Both the position numbers and the translations under genes were made by a program. From Hyphomicrobiales bacterium (GTDB taxonomy: Bacteria; Pseudomonadota; Alphaproteobacteria; Rhizobiales; JAJFHC01), in the NCBI GenBank assembly GCA_965227875.1, contig OZ245783.1:4442356-4506355 (forward strand): 64,000 nt of DNA, written 5' to 3'. Positions 26,001 to 34,848 of the stretch are shown here, one piece after another. Each line of letters begins with the position of its first letter. Position 1 is the stretch's first letter. The notes below the pieces were generated by a model. That model did no database searches. It worked only from the letters and a program-made list of their open reading frames with translations, and was not told where the DNA came from.

Positions 26001-28100
26001 TCAGGCCGATGCGGAAAACTGGCGGCGGCTGCTGTCGCCGCCGGAGTCTTCCGTGAACGTGCCGGGCGTGAGGAAACTCGACTCGAACGCCACGGCGGAA
26101 ATCGGCCGGGAAAACACGAACCCCTGGTAGGCGTGGCAGCCGCGTTCCTTCAACCAACCCAGTTGCGTTTCGTTTTCCACGCCTTCGGCGATGATCTTGA
26201 CGTCGAGCAGCTTGCACATGGAGATGATCAGTTCGGCGATCGCGCTGGTCTTGTTCAGGTCGGCGATGAAGGACCTGTCGATTTTCAGGCAGCGGATCGG
26301 GTACTTCTGGAGATAGACCAGGTTCGAATATCCGGTGCCGAAGTCGTCGATCGCGAGATTGAAGCCCATCTCGTCGATCCTGCGAAGGGCATCGATCGCC
26401 CTGTCGTTGTCTCCCATGAGCATGGATTCGGTTATCTCAAGATCGAAACGCGACGGGTCGAAACCGTTCGTCGCGGCAATTTCCGCGATCGCCGGCAACA
26501 GCGCCTTGCTGTGAAACTGTCGTGGCGACAGGTTGACGGATACGTTGATCGGATAACCGGAATCGTTCCAGGTCATTTGCTGGACCGCCGCCGTCTGTAG
26601 CACCCAGAACCCGATCTGTTCGATCAGGCCGCTTTCTTCCGCCACGGCGATGAATTCGTCCGGGCCGATCTGTCCGCGATGCGGATGGTTCCAGCGCAGC
26701 AAGGCCTCCGCGCCCATGACCTGGTTCCTGCGAAAGCAGACTTGCGGCTGGTAAAGCAGTTCGAGTTCGCCCGCGCCGATTGCGCGGCGCAGGTCGGATT
26801 CCATTTGCATCCGGGACTCTGCGGCGACGCGAAGGCCTTTCGAGAAATAACAGAACTGGTTGCGTCCCCTCGCCTTCGCCTCGTAGAGGGCGAGGTCGGC
26901 GTTCTGCATCAGTTCCGAGAGCGTGCCGCCCTCGTCGGGGTAGATGCTGATCCCGATGCTCGGACTGATGCGCAACTCGTGCTCGTCGATGACGATGGGC
27001 TGGTTGAGGGCGTCCTGTATGCGCCGCGCCGCGCGGTCCACCGAACCGAGCGATGCCGTGTCCTCGAGGAGAACGACGAATTCGTCGCCACCGAGTCGTA
27101 CCGTGATATCGCTGTTGCGGGTGCAGTTCCCGAGACGTTCGGCGACTTCCAGGAGAAGCTTGTCGCCCACCGCGTGACCGAGCGAATCGTTGACGTTCTT
27201 GAAATGGTCAAGGTCGATGAAGAGGAGGCCGAGCTTGTCTCCGAATGCGTCCGCGGCCAGGACCTTCTTTTCGAAAACCTGCTGGAGGTATGTCCGGTTC
27301 GGCAGCCCGGTCAGCACGTCGTGCAGCGCGAGGAAGGTGGCCGTCTGCTCGGTTTCCTTGAGTGCGGAGACGTCGGTTTCGCTGATGTGCACCGTCTGCT
27401 CGCCGGTCACCGGATCGATGCCGCGATGCGCGTTGATCTCGTGCCATCGGGTACCATGCTCCGTCCGCATTTCCGCGACGAGCCTTGCGGTGCCCGTGTG
27501 TGCGATCGAACTCATGATCGACTGGTAGTCCGAGGCGTGAACGAACTCTTCCTCCAGCGTCTTCGTCTGGCGGGACTTGGAACTGCGGGCCGCGGGGTTG
27601 TCGTAAATCCGTACCCCGTCCGGTCCGTAGGTCGAGATCATGACGGACGTGTGCAGGAGAGCTTGGGCACTGCGCAGCGAATCCGGTGTCGACGCGTCGG
27701 GCTGGGAGCCCTGACAGAACATCGCCATCCTGCCGTCGTCCAGCCGAATTCCTGAGAAAGTGCAGGTCAGCGTTTCAGGCGAACCATTGGGGTAGAGTGT
27801 CCACTGCTCGCTGAATGTACCGCCCGTTTCGATATCGGCCTTGAACTGAAGCAGTCTCTTCGCAACCGTCGGGGACATCTCCCTCGCAAGGTTTCTGCTT
27901 CGCAATTCCTGGAGGGTGTCCGCCTGCCACAGCTTGAGCGCTGGCGGGTTGGCCCAGTGCACCCGACCGTTGTCGATATCGTATACCCAGATCGGGAGAA
28001 CGATGTGCCGATAGGCCTGGAGGCGTTCTTCGGTTGCGGGGACGGCGCTTTCCTGCACGCCGTCCGGCATGTCGGAGCCTGTATCGCCACCTGAATCCAT
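26001..28100 (-). CDS. PAS-like/GGDEF/EAL diguanylate cyclase-phosphodiesterase
   Basis: HDVLTGLPNR, RLGGDEF, AEALLRW, DDFGTGYS and IAEGVE motifs. Both catalytic domains look intact. Start uncertain. Confidence 0.93.
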   Translation of the reverse strand: MDSGGDTGSDMPDGVQESAVPATEERLQAYRHIVLPIWVYDIDNGRVHWANPPALKLWQADTLQELRSRNLAREMSPTVAKRLLQFKADIETGGTFSEQWTLYPNGSPETLTCTFSGIRLDDGRMAMFCQGSQPDASTPDSLRSAQALLHTSVMISTYGPDGVRIYDNPAARSSKSRQTKTLEEEFVHASDYQSIMSSIAHTGTARLVAEMRTEHGTRWHEINAHRGIDPVTGEQTVHISETDVSALKETEQTATFLALHDVLTGLPNRTYLQQVFEKKVLAADAFGDKLGLLFIDLDHFKNVNDSLGHAVGDKLLLEVAERLGNCTRNSDITVRLGGDEFVVLLEDTASLGSVDRAARRIQDALNQPIVIDEHELRISPSIGISIYPDEGGTLSELMQNADLALYEAKARGRNQFCYFSKGLRVAAESRMQMESDLRRAIGAGELELLYQPQVCFRRNQVMGAEALLRWNHPHRGQIGPDEFIAVAEESGLIEQIGFWVLQTAAVQQMTWNDSGYPINVSVNLSPRQFHSKALLPAIAEIAATNGFDPSRFDLEITESMLMGDNDRAIDALRRIDEMGFNLAIDDFGTGYSNLVYLQKYPIRCLKIDRSFIADLNKTSAIAELIISMCKLLDVKIIAEGVENETQLGWLKERGCHAYQGFVFSRPISAVAFESSFLTPGTFTEDSGGDSSRRQFSASA

Positions 28101-28185
28101 GAAGTCCTCCGCCGACCGGACCCTCCGGTGCCGGTACACAAGCGTGCGAACGGGCTGTCTTGCGACAGCATCCGCCACTCACCCT

Positions 28186-28208
28186 AAGGTTGTTAGCAAA
28201 ACAACCTT
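28186..28208. promoter_or_regulatory. Perfect inverted repeat AAGGTTGTT-N5-AACAACCTT
   Basis: AT-rich palindrome between the metZ stop and the GGDEF-EAL start. Confidence 0.5.
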
Positions 28209-28246
28209 TAATGCGGCCTAAACGTGTATTGGACGTTCGGTGTGTG

Positions 28247-29446
28247 TCAGCGTGCGCCGGTGATGGCCTGGGTCAGGTCTGCGACGAGATCCGAGGTGTC
28301 TTCCAGACCCACGGAAAGACGCAACATGCCTTCGCCGATCCCGACCTTTTCCCGCGCCTCCTCCCCGATCGCACGATGGGTCGTGCTGGCCGGATGGGTG
28401 ATCAGCGACTTGGAATCGCCCAGGTTGTTCGAGATGTCGATGATCCTCAGACGGCGAAGTATGTCGAAGGCCCGCTCCCGGCCGCCCTCGACATTGAACG
28501 TGACCAGGGTGCCGCCACCCGACATCTGCTGGCGGCATAGTGCGACCTGCGGATGGGTGTCGAGATGGGGATAGAGCACGCTGTCGACACCTGGTAATTC
28601 CTGGAGGGCCTCGGCGATGGCCAGTGCGGCCGTGCACTGGGCATCGACCCTGAGCTTCAGGGTTTCCATGCCCTTCAGCAACACCCATGCGTTGAACGGG
28701 CTGATGGAGGGGCCCACGTGGCGCAGGAATGGCTTGAGTTTTTCTTCCTTGAACTCGTTGTCGGAGAGGATGGCGCCACCAAGACATCGCCCCTGCCCGT
28801 CAATGTGTTTCGTGCCCGAGTAGACGACGACGTCCGCTCCGAGCGCGAACGGCTTCTGCAGCATGGGTGTGGCGAACACGTTGTCGACCACGACCTTCGC
28901 CCCGACCTTGTGGGCCAGCTCCGAAACCGCCGCCAGGTCGACCACCTCGAGCGTCGGGTTCGAGGGCGTTTCGAGGAAGACACAGGTCGTCCCGGGGCGA
29001 AGCGCGGCCTTCCAGGCATCGAGGTCGCGGCCGTCGACGAGTTCCGACGTTACGCCGAACTTCGGCAGGATGTTGGCCACGATCTGGTGGCACGACCCGA
29101 ACAGCGCGCGCGACGAGACGATGTGGTCCCCGGCCTTGAGCTGCGATGCAAGCGCACCGTAGACCGCGGACATGCCGCTTGCCGTCGCGTAACATGCCTC
29201 CACGCCCTCGAGCAGCGCGAGCCTGTTCTCGAACATCGAGACGGTCGGATTGCCATAGCGCCCGTAGACGAAACCGTCGTCCTCGCCCGCAAACCGGGCC
29301 GCCGCGGTCTCGGCGTCGGGATAGACGAACCCGGATGTCAGGTAGAGCGCTTCCGCGGTCTCACCGTGATGCGAGCGCTCGAGGCCGCCGCGCACCAGCT
29401 TTGTTGCCTCACCCCACTCCGGGAGGATTTCCGATTCTGCATTCAT
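28247..29446 (-). CDS. metZ: O-succinylhomoserine sulfhydrylase
   Basis: ALYLTSGFVY, YGRYGNPT, ETPSNPT, PLP Lys in YSGTKHIDGQGR, SNNLGD. Confidence 0.93.
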   Translation of the reverse strand: MNAESEILPEWGEATKLVRGGLERSHHGETAEALYLTSGFVYPDAETAAARFAGEDDGFVYGRYGNPTVSMFENRLALLEGVEACYATASGMSAVYGALASQLKAGDHIVSSRALFGSCHQIVANILPKFGVTSELVDGRDLDAWKAALRPGTTCVFLETPSNPTLEVVDLAAVSELAHKVGAKVVVDNVFATPMLQKPFALGADVVVYSGTKHIDGQGRCLGGAILSDNEFKEEKLKPFLRHVGPSISPFNAWVLLKGMETLKLRVDAQCTAALAIAEALQELPGVDSVLYPHLDTHPQVALCRQQMSGGGTLVTFNVEGGRERAFDILRRLRIIDISNNLGDSKSLITHPASTTHRAIGEEAREKVGIGEGMLRLSVGLEDTSDLVADLTQAITGAR

Positions 29447-29850
29447 CCCTGAACCCATGGCAGACCGGCGTGTTTCCAACCGCCGACGGTGCCCCTGTGA
29501 CCATGTTCGTCCTTGTCGCCCTCGAAACCCTGGGCGACGTTGTAGCAATTCTCGAAACCGGCGCGTGTCAGGGCGGCCGCGGCGGCGGCGGACCTGACGC
29601 CTGAACGGCAGAGCAGGAAGATCTCGTCGTCTTTCTCAAGGCCGGCACGCTCGACCTTGCCGACGAAGTCGCTGTCCTGTTCCATTCGGGGATAGACCTG
29701 CCAGGAGATCCGCAAGAGGCGTTCGACGGCCGGCAGGCCGACGAAGTTCCATTCGGCGTCCGTGCGGACGTCGATGAGATAGGCCCGGTCCGAGGCGCGC
29801 AGGCGCTCGAACGTTTCGCTTGGCAATAGGTCGCCCCTGTAGCTGCTCAC
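29443..29850 (-). CDS. Rhodanese-like sulfurtransferase
   Basis: IDVRT.AEW, catalytic loop LCRSGVRS, GWKHAGLPW. Stop overlaps the metZ start (ATGA). Confidence 0.92.
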   Translation of the reverse strand: MSSYRGDLLPSETFERLRASDRAYLIDVRTDAEWNFVGLPAVERLLRISWQVYPRMEQDSDFVGKVERAGLEKDDEIFLLCRSGVRSAAAAAALTRAGFENCYNVAQGFEGDKDEHGHRGTVGGWKHAGLPWVQG

Positions 29851-29870
29851 GACGTGATCTCCGGTATCGA

Positions 29871-29892
29871 GCGTTCGTTAAAAAGAACGACT
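29871..29892. promoter_or_regulatory. Putative operator GCGTTCGTTAAAAAGAACGACT
   Basis: 20/22 identical to 21795-21816, 21 bp upstream of the rhodanese start. Confidence 0.8.
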
Positions 29893-29943
29893 GAACTTAA
29901 TACCATACGGGCCCGATTTCAAACCAATAGTTCCCGCGAAAAC

Positions 29944-29972
29944 AAAAAAGCCGGAGCGATGGACGCTCCGGC
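29944..29972 (-). terminator. Rho-independent terminator of the BON-LysM gene
   Basis: GCCGGAGCG-N5-CGCTCCGGC stem followed by T6 on the minus strand. Confidence 0.85.
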
Positions 29973-29991
29973 CTTGTGCGCGGATCCGGGT

Positions 29992-30423
29992 CTACTCCTG
30001 GGGTATTCTCAGAACCTGTCCCGGGTAGATCTTGTCGGGATGTTTGAGCATCGGCTTGTTGGCTTCGAAAATCGTCATGTACTTGTTGGCGCTGCCGAGG
30101 TGTTTCTTGGCGATGGCGCTCAACGTGTCGCCGCGCTTCACCGTATGGAACACGGGGTCCTTCGCATCCGGCGCGCTGACATTCGCCTCGACCGCGGCAA
30201 TGCCCTTCGTATTGCCGACGGCGAGGATGATCTTCTCGAGGATCGACTGATCCGCGACTTCACCCGTCACGATGGCCTTGTCGCCCTCAACCTTGACGTC
30301 GACCTTGTCGCTGCCAAGTTCGTACTTGTCGACATTCTTTTTGATTTCATCGGCGGGCGGAGCATCGTCGCCGCCAATGCCGAGCGCCTCTCCGGCCGAC
30401 TTTATGAACTCGAACAAACCCAT
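29992..30423 (-). CDS. BON-LysM protein (Kbp/YgaU-like)
   Basis: MGLFEFIKSAGE N-terminus, VGNTKGI, LysM HTVKRGDTLSAIA...PDKIYPGQVLRIP. Confidence 0.9.
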   Translation of the reverse strand: MGLFEFIKSAGEALGIGGDDAPPADEIKKNVDKYELGSDKVDVKVEGDKAIVTGEVADQSILEKIILAVGNTKGIAAVEANVSAPDAKDPVFHTVKRGDTLSAIAKKHLGSANKYMTIFEANKPMLKHPDKIYPGQVLRIPQE

Positions 30424-30640
30424 TTGGCATCTCCTGTCATGAATGAACCGGCCGCAGATTATCATGCCGCACACAAAACGGGAGAATAAACGACCATGCC
30501 TTTCGGGGTGCGGGTGACGCATCGGGATATTGATTTGATGGGGGATGGCTGACGTCCTATTGTTATCTGACCGGTTGGCGGCGCGCTGCGCGCCTTCCGA
30601 TGATCCCCATCCCGAACCATCAAAGAAAAGGATCCGTTAG

Positions 30641-31300
30641 ATGACTTTGCAGTTAGGCGATACCGCACCTGACTTTTCGGCGGAAACGACCATCGGCAAG
30701 ATCGACTTCCATGACTGGATCGGCGACAGCTGGTGTGTCCTGTTCTCCCATCCCAAGGATTTCACGCCCGTCTGCACCACCGAACTGGGTTACATGGCCC
30801 GTCTGAAGCCGGAGTTCGACAAGAGAAACGCCAAGATCATCGGCTTGAGCGTCGACCCGGTGGACAACCACAAGACCTGGTCGGTCGATATCGAGGAAAC
30901 GCAGGGATTTGCGCCGAACTACCCGATGATCGGCGACACCGATCTCGCGGTCTCCAAGCTCTACGGCATGATCCATCCCAAGGTAAGCGGCGGATCCGAA
31001 GGACGCACAGCGGCGGACAACGCCACCGTGCGCAACGTCTTCATCATCGGGCCCGACAAGAAGATCAAGCTGATCATCGTCTACCCCATGAGCACCGGCC
31101 GGAACTTCGACGAGGTTCTCCGCGTGCTGGACTCGCTTCAGCTCACCGCCAAACACCAGGTCGCGACGCCGGTCAACTGGAAGAACGGCGACGACGTGAT
31201 CATCGTGCCGGCGGTTTCCGATGAAGCGGCCCGCGAAAAGTTCCCCGACGGCTGGAAGGCGCCGCGTCCGTATCTGCGGATCGTTCCCCAGCCCGACTGA
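30641..31300 (+). CDS. 1-Cys peroxiredoxin (Prx6 family)
   Basis: FSHPKDFTPVCTTE, YPMSTGRNFDE and ATPVNW motifs. Confidence 0.95.
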   Translation: MTLQLGDTAPDFSAETTIGKIDFHDWIGDSWCVLFSHPKDFTPVCTTELGYMARLKPEFDKRNAKIIGLSVDPVDNHKTWSVDIEETQGFAPNYPMIGDTDLAVSKLYGMIHPKVSGGSEGRTAADNATVRNVFIIGPDKKIKLIIVYPMSTGRNFDEVLRVLDSLQLTAKHQVATPVNWKNGDDVIIVPAVSDEAAREKFPDGWKAPRPYLRIVPQPD

Positions 31301-31324
31301 TCCGGTTCCGCCGCAACGACAGAA

Positions 31325-31351
31325 AGGCCCGGGCCGCACCGGCCCGGGCCT
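31325..31351. terminator. GC-rich stem-loop after prx (terminator or mRNA stabiliser)
   Basis: AGGCCCGGGCCG-CAC-CGGCCCGGGCCT, no clear U-tract on the plus strand. Confidence 0.55.
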
Positions 31352-31438
31352 CGTCGCATACGGGCGCGGCAATCGGACACGCGAACGATCCCGCTTCAGG
31401 GTGCACACTGGCGCAATATCTGGCGAGGAGAAACGGAC

Positions 31439-33439
31439 ATGCGCGGCAGCCTGTTCGCAATTTTGGTCGCATTGCTGGTGACCATGGAGGGGATGTCCCC
31501 CGCACCGGCGCAGAATGCGGACGGCCCCCCCTATCACCCCATGGACGCCCTGACCGTCGAGGAGGTGCTGGAAACGGTCAGACTTCTGCGGCAGCACGGT
31601 CACGCCGACGACACGACGCGTTTTCCCGAGATAACCCTCAAGGAACTGCCCAAGGAGAAGATGCTCGCATGGCGCACGGGCATGCCTTTCGAACGCCGGG
31701 CGTTCGTCGTGTCGCGCCACGGTGGCAAAATTTTCGAGACCGTGGTGGACCTCACGGCCGGCCGCATCGAATCCCGTCGCCCGGTTGCCGGCGTTCAGCC
31801 CGCCATCATGAACGAGGAATGGGAACGGGCCCAGGCGCTGGTGAAGCAGGACCCGAGATGGATCGCCGCGATGAAAAAGCGGGATATCGCCGATCTCGAC
31901 GCGGTGTATTGCGCGCCAATGTCCGCCGGTCGCCTGTCGGGCGAGGAGGATGAGAAGCGGCGTCTCTTCAAGGTTCCCTGCTACGACACGCGCGCGGCCC
32001 CCGGTAACCCGTATGGGCGTCCCATCGAAGGTGTGATCGCGGTCGTCGACGTGGACCGCAACGAGGTCGCCACCGTCGTCGACAGTGGCGCGGTTCGCGT
32101 CCCGCCACCGCTCGGCAAGGACGAGTCCCCTGCCGAACGAACGTATCGCAGTCCAATGAAACCGGTGCTTGTCTTTTCGCCCGCCGGCGTGAATTACAGT
32201 ATCCGCGGCGGGCTCAACGTCACGTGGCAGAACTGGTCGTTCCACGTCCGTGCCGAACGCCGATTCGGGCCGGTGTTTTCCCTCGTGAACTATTCGGACG
32301 GCGGCACGACGCGTTCCGTGGCCTACCAGATGATGCTGTCGGAGATGTTCGTGCCCTACATGGATCCGGATCCGAACTGGGCCTTTCGGACACCGATGGA
32401 CGCCGGGGAGTTCGGGTTGGGTTACCTCGCCTCCCGTCTCGCGCCGGGCCGGGACTGCCCGCGCCATTCGACTTTCATCTCCGTCGTCATGCCGAGCGAC
32501 ACCGGCGGTCTTTTCAAGGTCGATCGCGGGCTTTGCGTGTTCGAGCGCAATACGGGTGATCCGCTGTGGAGGCACGCCACAGACCAGGGCGACCGCGTGT
32601 TCGGCCGGCCATATGTCGAACTCGTGGTCCGGATGATCCCGACCATCGGAAACTACGATTACGTCGTGGACTGGATTTTCACGCAGCACGGCAACATCCG
32701 CGTACGCGTCGGCGCCACGGGCTACGACGCGGTCAAGACGGTACGCACCAGGAACATGAAGGACAAGACCGCGGAGGAGGATACAAGGTATGGAGAACTG
32801 ATCGCGCCGAACACGGTGGCGATCTATCACGATCATCTCTTCGCCTTCCGCCTCGACCTCGATGTCGACGGCACGGGCAACACGCTTATCCGCGACCGGG
32901 CGGTCCCGGTCCGGCTGCCCGAAGCGAATGCGAGACGCAGCATCTGGAAGTTAGAGCGCTCAGAGATCGAGCGGGAAGGACCGGTCAGGCCGACCGGGCA
33001 CGACGAGATCTTCCGGGTCGTCAATCCGCAAAAGCGCACGCCGCTCGGCCACAGGCCGGGTTATCAGATCGAACCGGGGCACGGCACGCTTTCCCTTCTC
33101 TCCGACGACGACCTGCCACAGCGCAGGGCCGCGTTTTCCGCCGAACGGCTGTGGCTCACCCGCTACCGCCCGGACGAACTCTTCGCTTCGGGCCGATACG
33201 CCAACCAGAGCCGGGGCGGAGAAGGTCTCCCCGCATACGTGCAGGATGAGGAAGCGGCGACCGATACGGACATCGTGCTGTGGTACACCGTCGGTTTTCA
33301 TCACATCACCAAGACCGAGGACTGGCCGATACTTTCCACCAGATGGCATCAGTTTACGCTACGCCCGTTCAACTTTTTCGGTCAAAATCCGAGTTTCGAC
33401 GTCGCCCCGCGTTTCGCCAGGCCGGGCGCGGCGCAATAA
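31439..33439 (+). CDS. Copper/topaquinone amine oxidase, secreted
   Basis: Signal peptide, HPMDALT, VPYMDP, catalytic Asp in MDAGEFG, TPQ consensus TIGNYDY, Cu ligands HDH and GFHH..EDWP. Confidence 0.95.
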   Translation: MRGSLFAILVALLVTMEGMSPAPAQNADGPPYHPMDALTVEEVLETVRLLRQHGHADDTTRFPEITLKELPKEKMLAWRTGMPFERRAFVVSRHGGKIFETVVDLTAGRIESRRPVAGVQPAIMNEEWERAQALVKQDPRWIAAMKKRDIADLDAVYCAPMSAGRLSGEEDEKRRLFKVPCYDTRAAPGNPYGRPIEGVIAVVDVDRNEVATVVDSGAVRVPPPLGKDESPAERTYRSPMKPVLVFSPAGVNYSIRGGLNVTWQNWSFHVRAERRFGPVFSLVNYSDGGTTRSVAYQMMLSEMFVPYMDPDPNWAFRTPMDAGEFGLGYLASRLAPGRDCPRHSTFISVVMPSDTGGLFKVDRGLCVFERNTGDPLWRHATDQGDRVFGRPYVELVVRMIPTIGNYDYVVDWIFTQHGNIRVRVGATGYDAVKTVRTRNMKDKTAEEDTRYGELIAPNTVAIYHDHLFAFRLDLDVDGTGNTLIRDRAVPVRLPEANARRSIWKLERSEIEREGPVRPTGHDEIFRVVNPQKRTPLGHRPGYQIEPGHGTLSLLSDDDLPQRRAAFSAERLWLTRYRPDELFASGRYANQSRGGEGLPAYVQDEEAATDTDIVLWYTVGFHHITKTEDWPILSTRWHQFTLRPFNFFGQNPSFDVAPRFARPGAAQ

Positions 33440-33484
33440 CAATCGCGCCGGGCGCCCGTCCGGTCCCCCTCAGGAGAAACGCCC

Positions 33485-34096
33485 GTGAAACTGTTCTACA
33501 GCCCCGCCTCCCCGTTCGCCCGAAAGGTTTTGGTCGTCGCGCATGAAGCCGGTTGTTCAGACGATGTCGAAAGGCTGTCCGCAACGGTCTCGCCCGTGAG
33601 CCCGAACGAGGACATCAACCGTGCCAACAGCCTCGGCAAGATCCCGACGCTGGTCATGGACGACGGCACCGGCCTCTATGATTCACGGGTCATCTGCGAG
33701 TATCTGTGCGCCCACGCCGGCGATACGTCCCTGTTTCCCGACAACGGCCCCGAACGCTGGGACGCGCTCAGGCTGCAGGCGCTCGGAGACGGGATGTGCG
33801 ATACCGCCGTGGCGCTGCGTTATGAACTGAGCCTCAGGCCGGAAGACAAGCGCTGGTCCGACTGGATCGAGAAACAGCGTGAGCGCCTGGCGCGTGCGTT
33901 CGACGAAGTGGATTCGTCCGCCGGCCGGATAGGCGATTCGGTGACCGTCGGTGCGATTGCCGTGGCCTGTGCGCTTGCCTACGTGGATTTCCGCATGCCC
34001 GAACTGGCCTGGCGCGACGGCCGCGCATCCGCCGCGGACTGGTACGAGCGCTTCTCCGCGCGCCCGTCCATGCAGGCGACCGTTCCCGAAGCCTGA
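33485..34096 (+). CDS. Glutathione S-transferase family protein
   Basis: YSPASPFARKV, LGKIPTL, YDSRVICEYL and YVDFR motifs. Confidence 0.9.
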   Translation: MKLFYSPASPFARKVLVVAHEAGCSDDVERLSATVSPVSPNEDINRANSLGKIPTLVMDDGTGLYDSRVICEYLCAHAGDTSLFPDNGPERWDALRLQALGDGMCDTAVALRYELSLRPEDKRWSDWIEKQRERLARAFDEVDSSAGRIGDSVTVGAIAVACALAYVDFRMPELAWRDGRASAADWYERFSARPSMQATVPEA

Positions 34097-34117
34097 CGGG
34101 GTCGCGCAAGGCACGGT

Positions 34118-34648
34118 TCAGTCGCCGGACGTGTGACCGGTGTGGTCCTCGTTCTTGCCGTGCCCTTGCGCGCCATGGCCCTCCATTTTCATGCCTTCAC
34201 CCGGTTTGGTGACTGGCAAGGTGACGTCGACGCGCCCGTTTCGCTCGAAAACCAGCGTTACGGCAAGTGTGTCTCCGGGCCTGGAGGCATGTTTGAGGCC
34301 GAAAACCATCAGGTGATAGCCACCCGTCCTGAGTTCCGCCGAACCGTTGGCCGGAATGTCGATGGCGTTGAGCGCGCGCATCCTCATGATTCCGTTTTCC
34401 ATGGAATGACCATGCAGTTCGATCCGGTCTGCCCCGTCGGTCTCCGCGGCGACCAGCCTGTCCGGCTCGCTTCCGCTGTTCGCGATCGAGAGAAACCCCG
34501 CGGCGGGCCGGCTCTTGAGGATCACGCGAAGTTGGCCCAGCGTGATATGGAGATCTCCTTTTGTCGCCTCCTGGGAGTAGCCCGCGGTCGGCATCAGGAT
34601 CGCGAGGCAGATGGCGGCGGCCAAGAAGAAGAAACGTCGAAATTTCAT
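34118..34648 (-). CDS. Periplasmic copper chaperone PCu(A)C
   Basis: Signal peptide, ELH...MRM...GGYHLM Cu motif, His/Met-rich C-tail. Confidence 0.9.
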   Translation of the reverse strand: MKFRRFFFLAAAICLAILMPTAGYSQEATKGDLHITLGQLRVILKSRPAAGFLSIANSGSEPDRLVAAETDGADRIELHGHSMENGIMRMRALNAIDIPANGSAELRTGGYHLMVFGLKHASRPGDTLAVTLVFERNGRVDVTLPVTKPGEGMKMEGHGAQGHGKNEDHTGHTSGD

Positions 34649-34848
34649 CAGGCTAGGCCTTTGTGAAAGATGGCTGACAGAAGGAAATTCCGGGCGGCTT
34701 ACCGGGAGAAAATGATCCCGGACAGACCCTGGCGTGTGGTGTATAGCATCGTGCGGCCGATGATGCTTGCCAGGTTCCCAAAGTTGCGATCATCGGTTTG
34801 CGGACCTTAAGGTAGCGTGTCCCGCTGCTGATTCACGTAAGACTCTCC

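Noticed and set aside
29851-29943. SAM riboswitch expected upstream of metZ
   Set aside because: No SAM-II or SAM-SAH consensus was recognisable, and a protein-type palindrome is present instead. An Infernal/Rfam scan would settle it.
30613-30638. CGAAC-N17-CGTT EcfG-like sequence before prx
   Set aside because: The -35 has a mismatch and the -10 ends 2 nt before the ATG, so the TSS would fall inside the CDS.
30653-32836. Long antisense ORFs (727 aa here; also 21835-23445, 54092-55513, 56030-57616) and the same-strand alternate-frame ORF 58679-60592
   Set aside because: These shadow frames over well-supported genes are expected in high-GC DNA and carry no recognisable motifs.
33485-34096. 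GST as the missing maleylacetoacetate isomerase
   Set aside because: It lacks the zeta-class RSS(A/C)S motif (it has SPASPF) and lies about 20 kb from hmgA.
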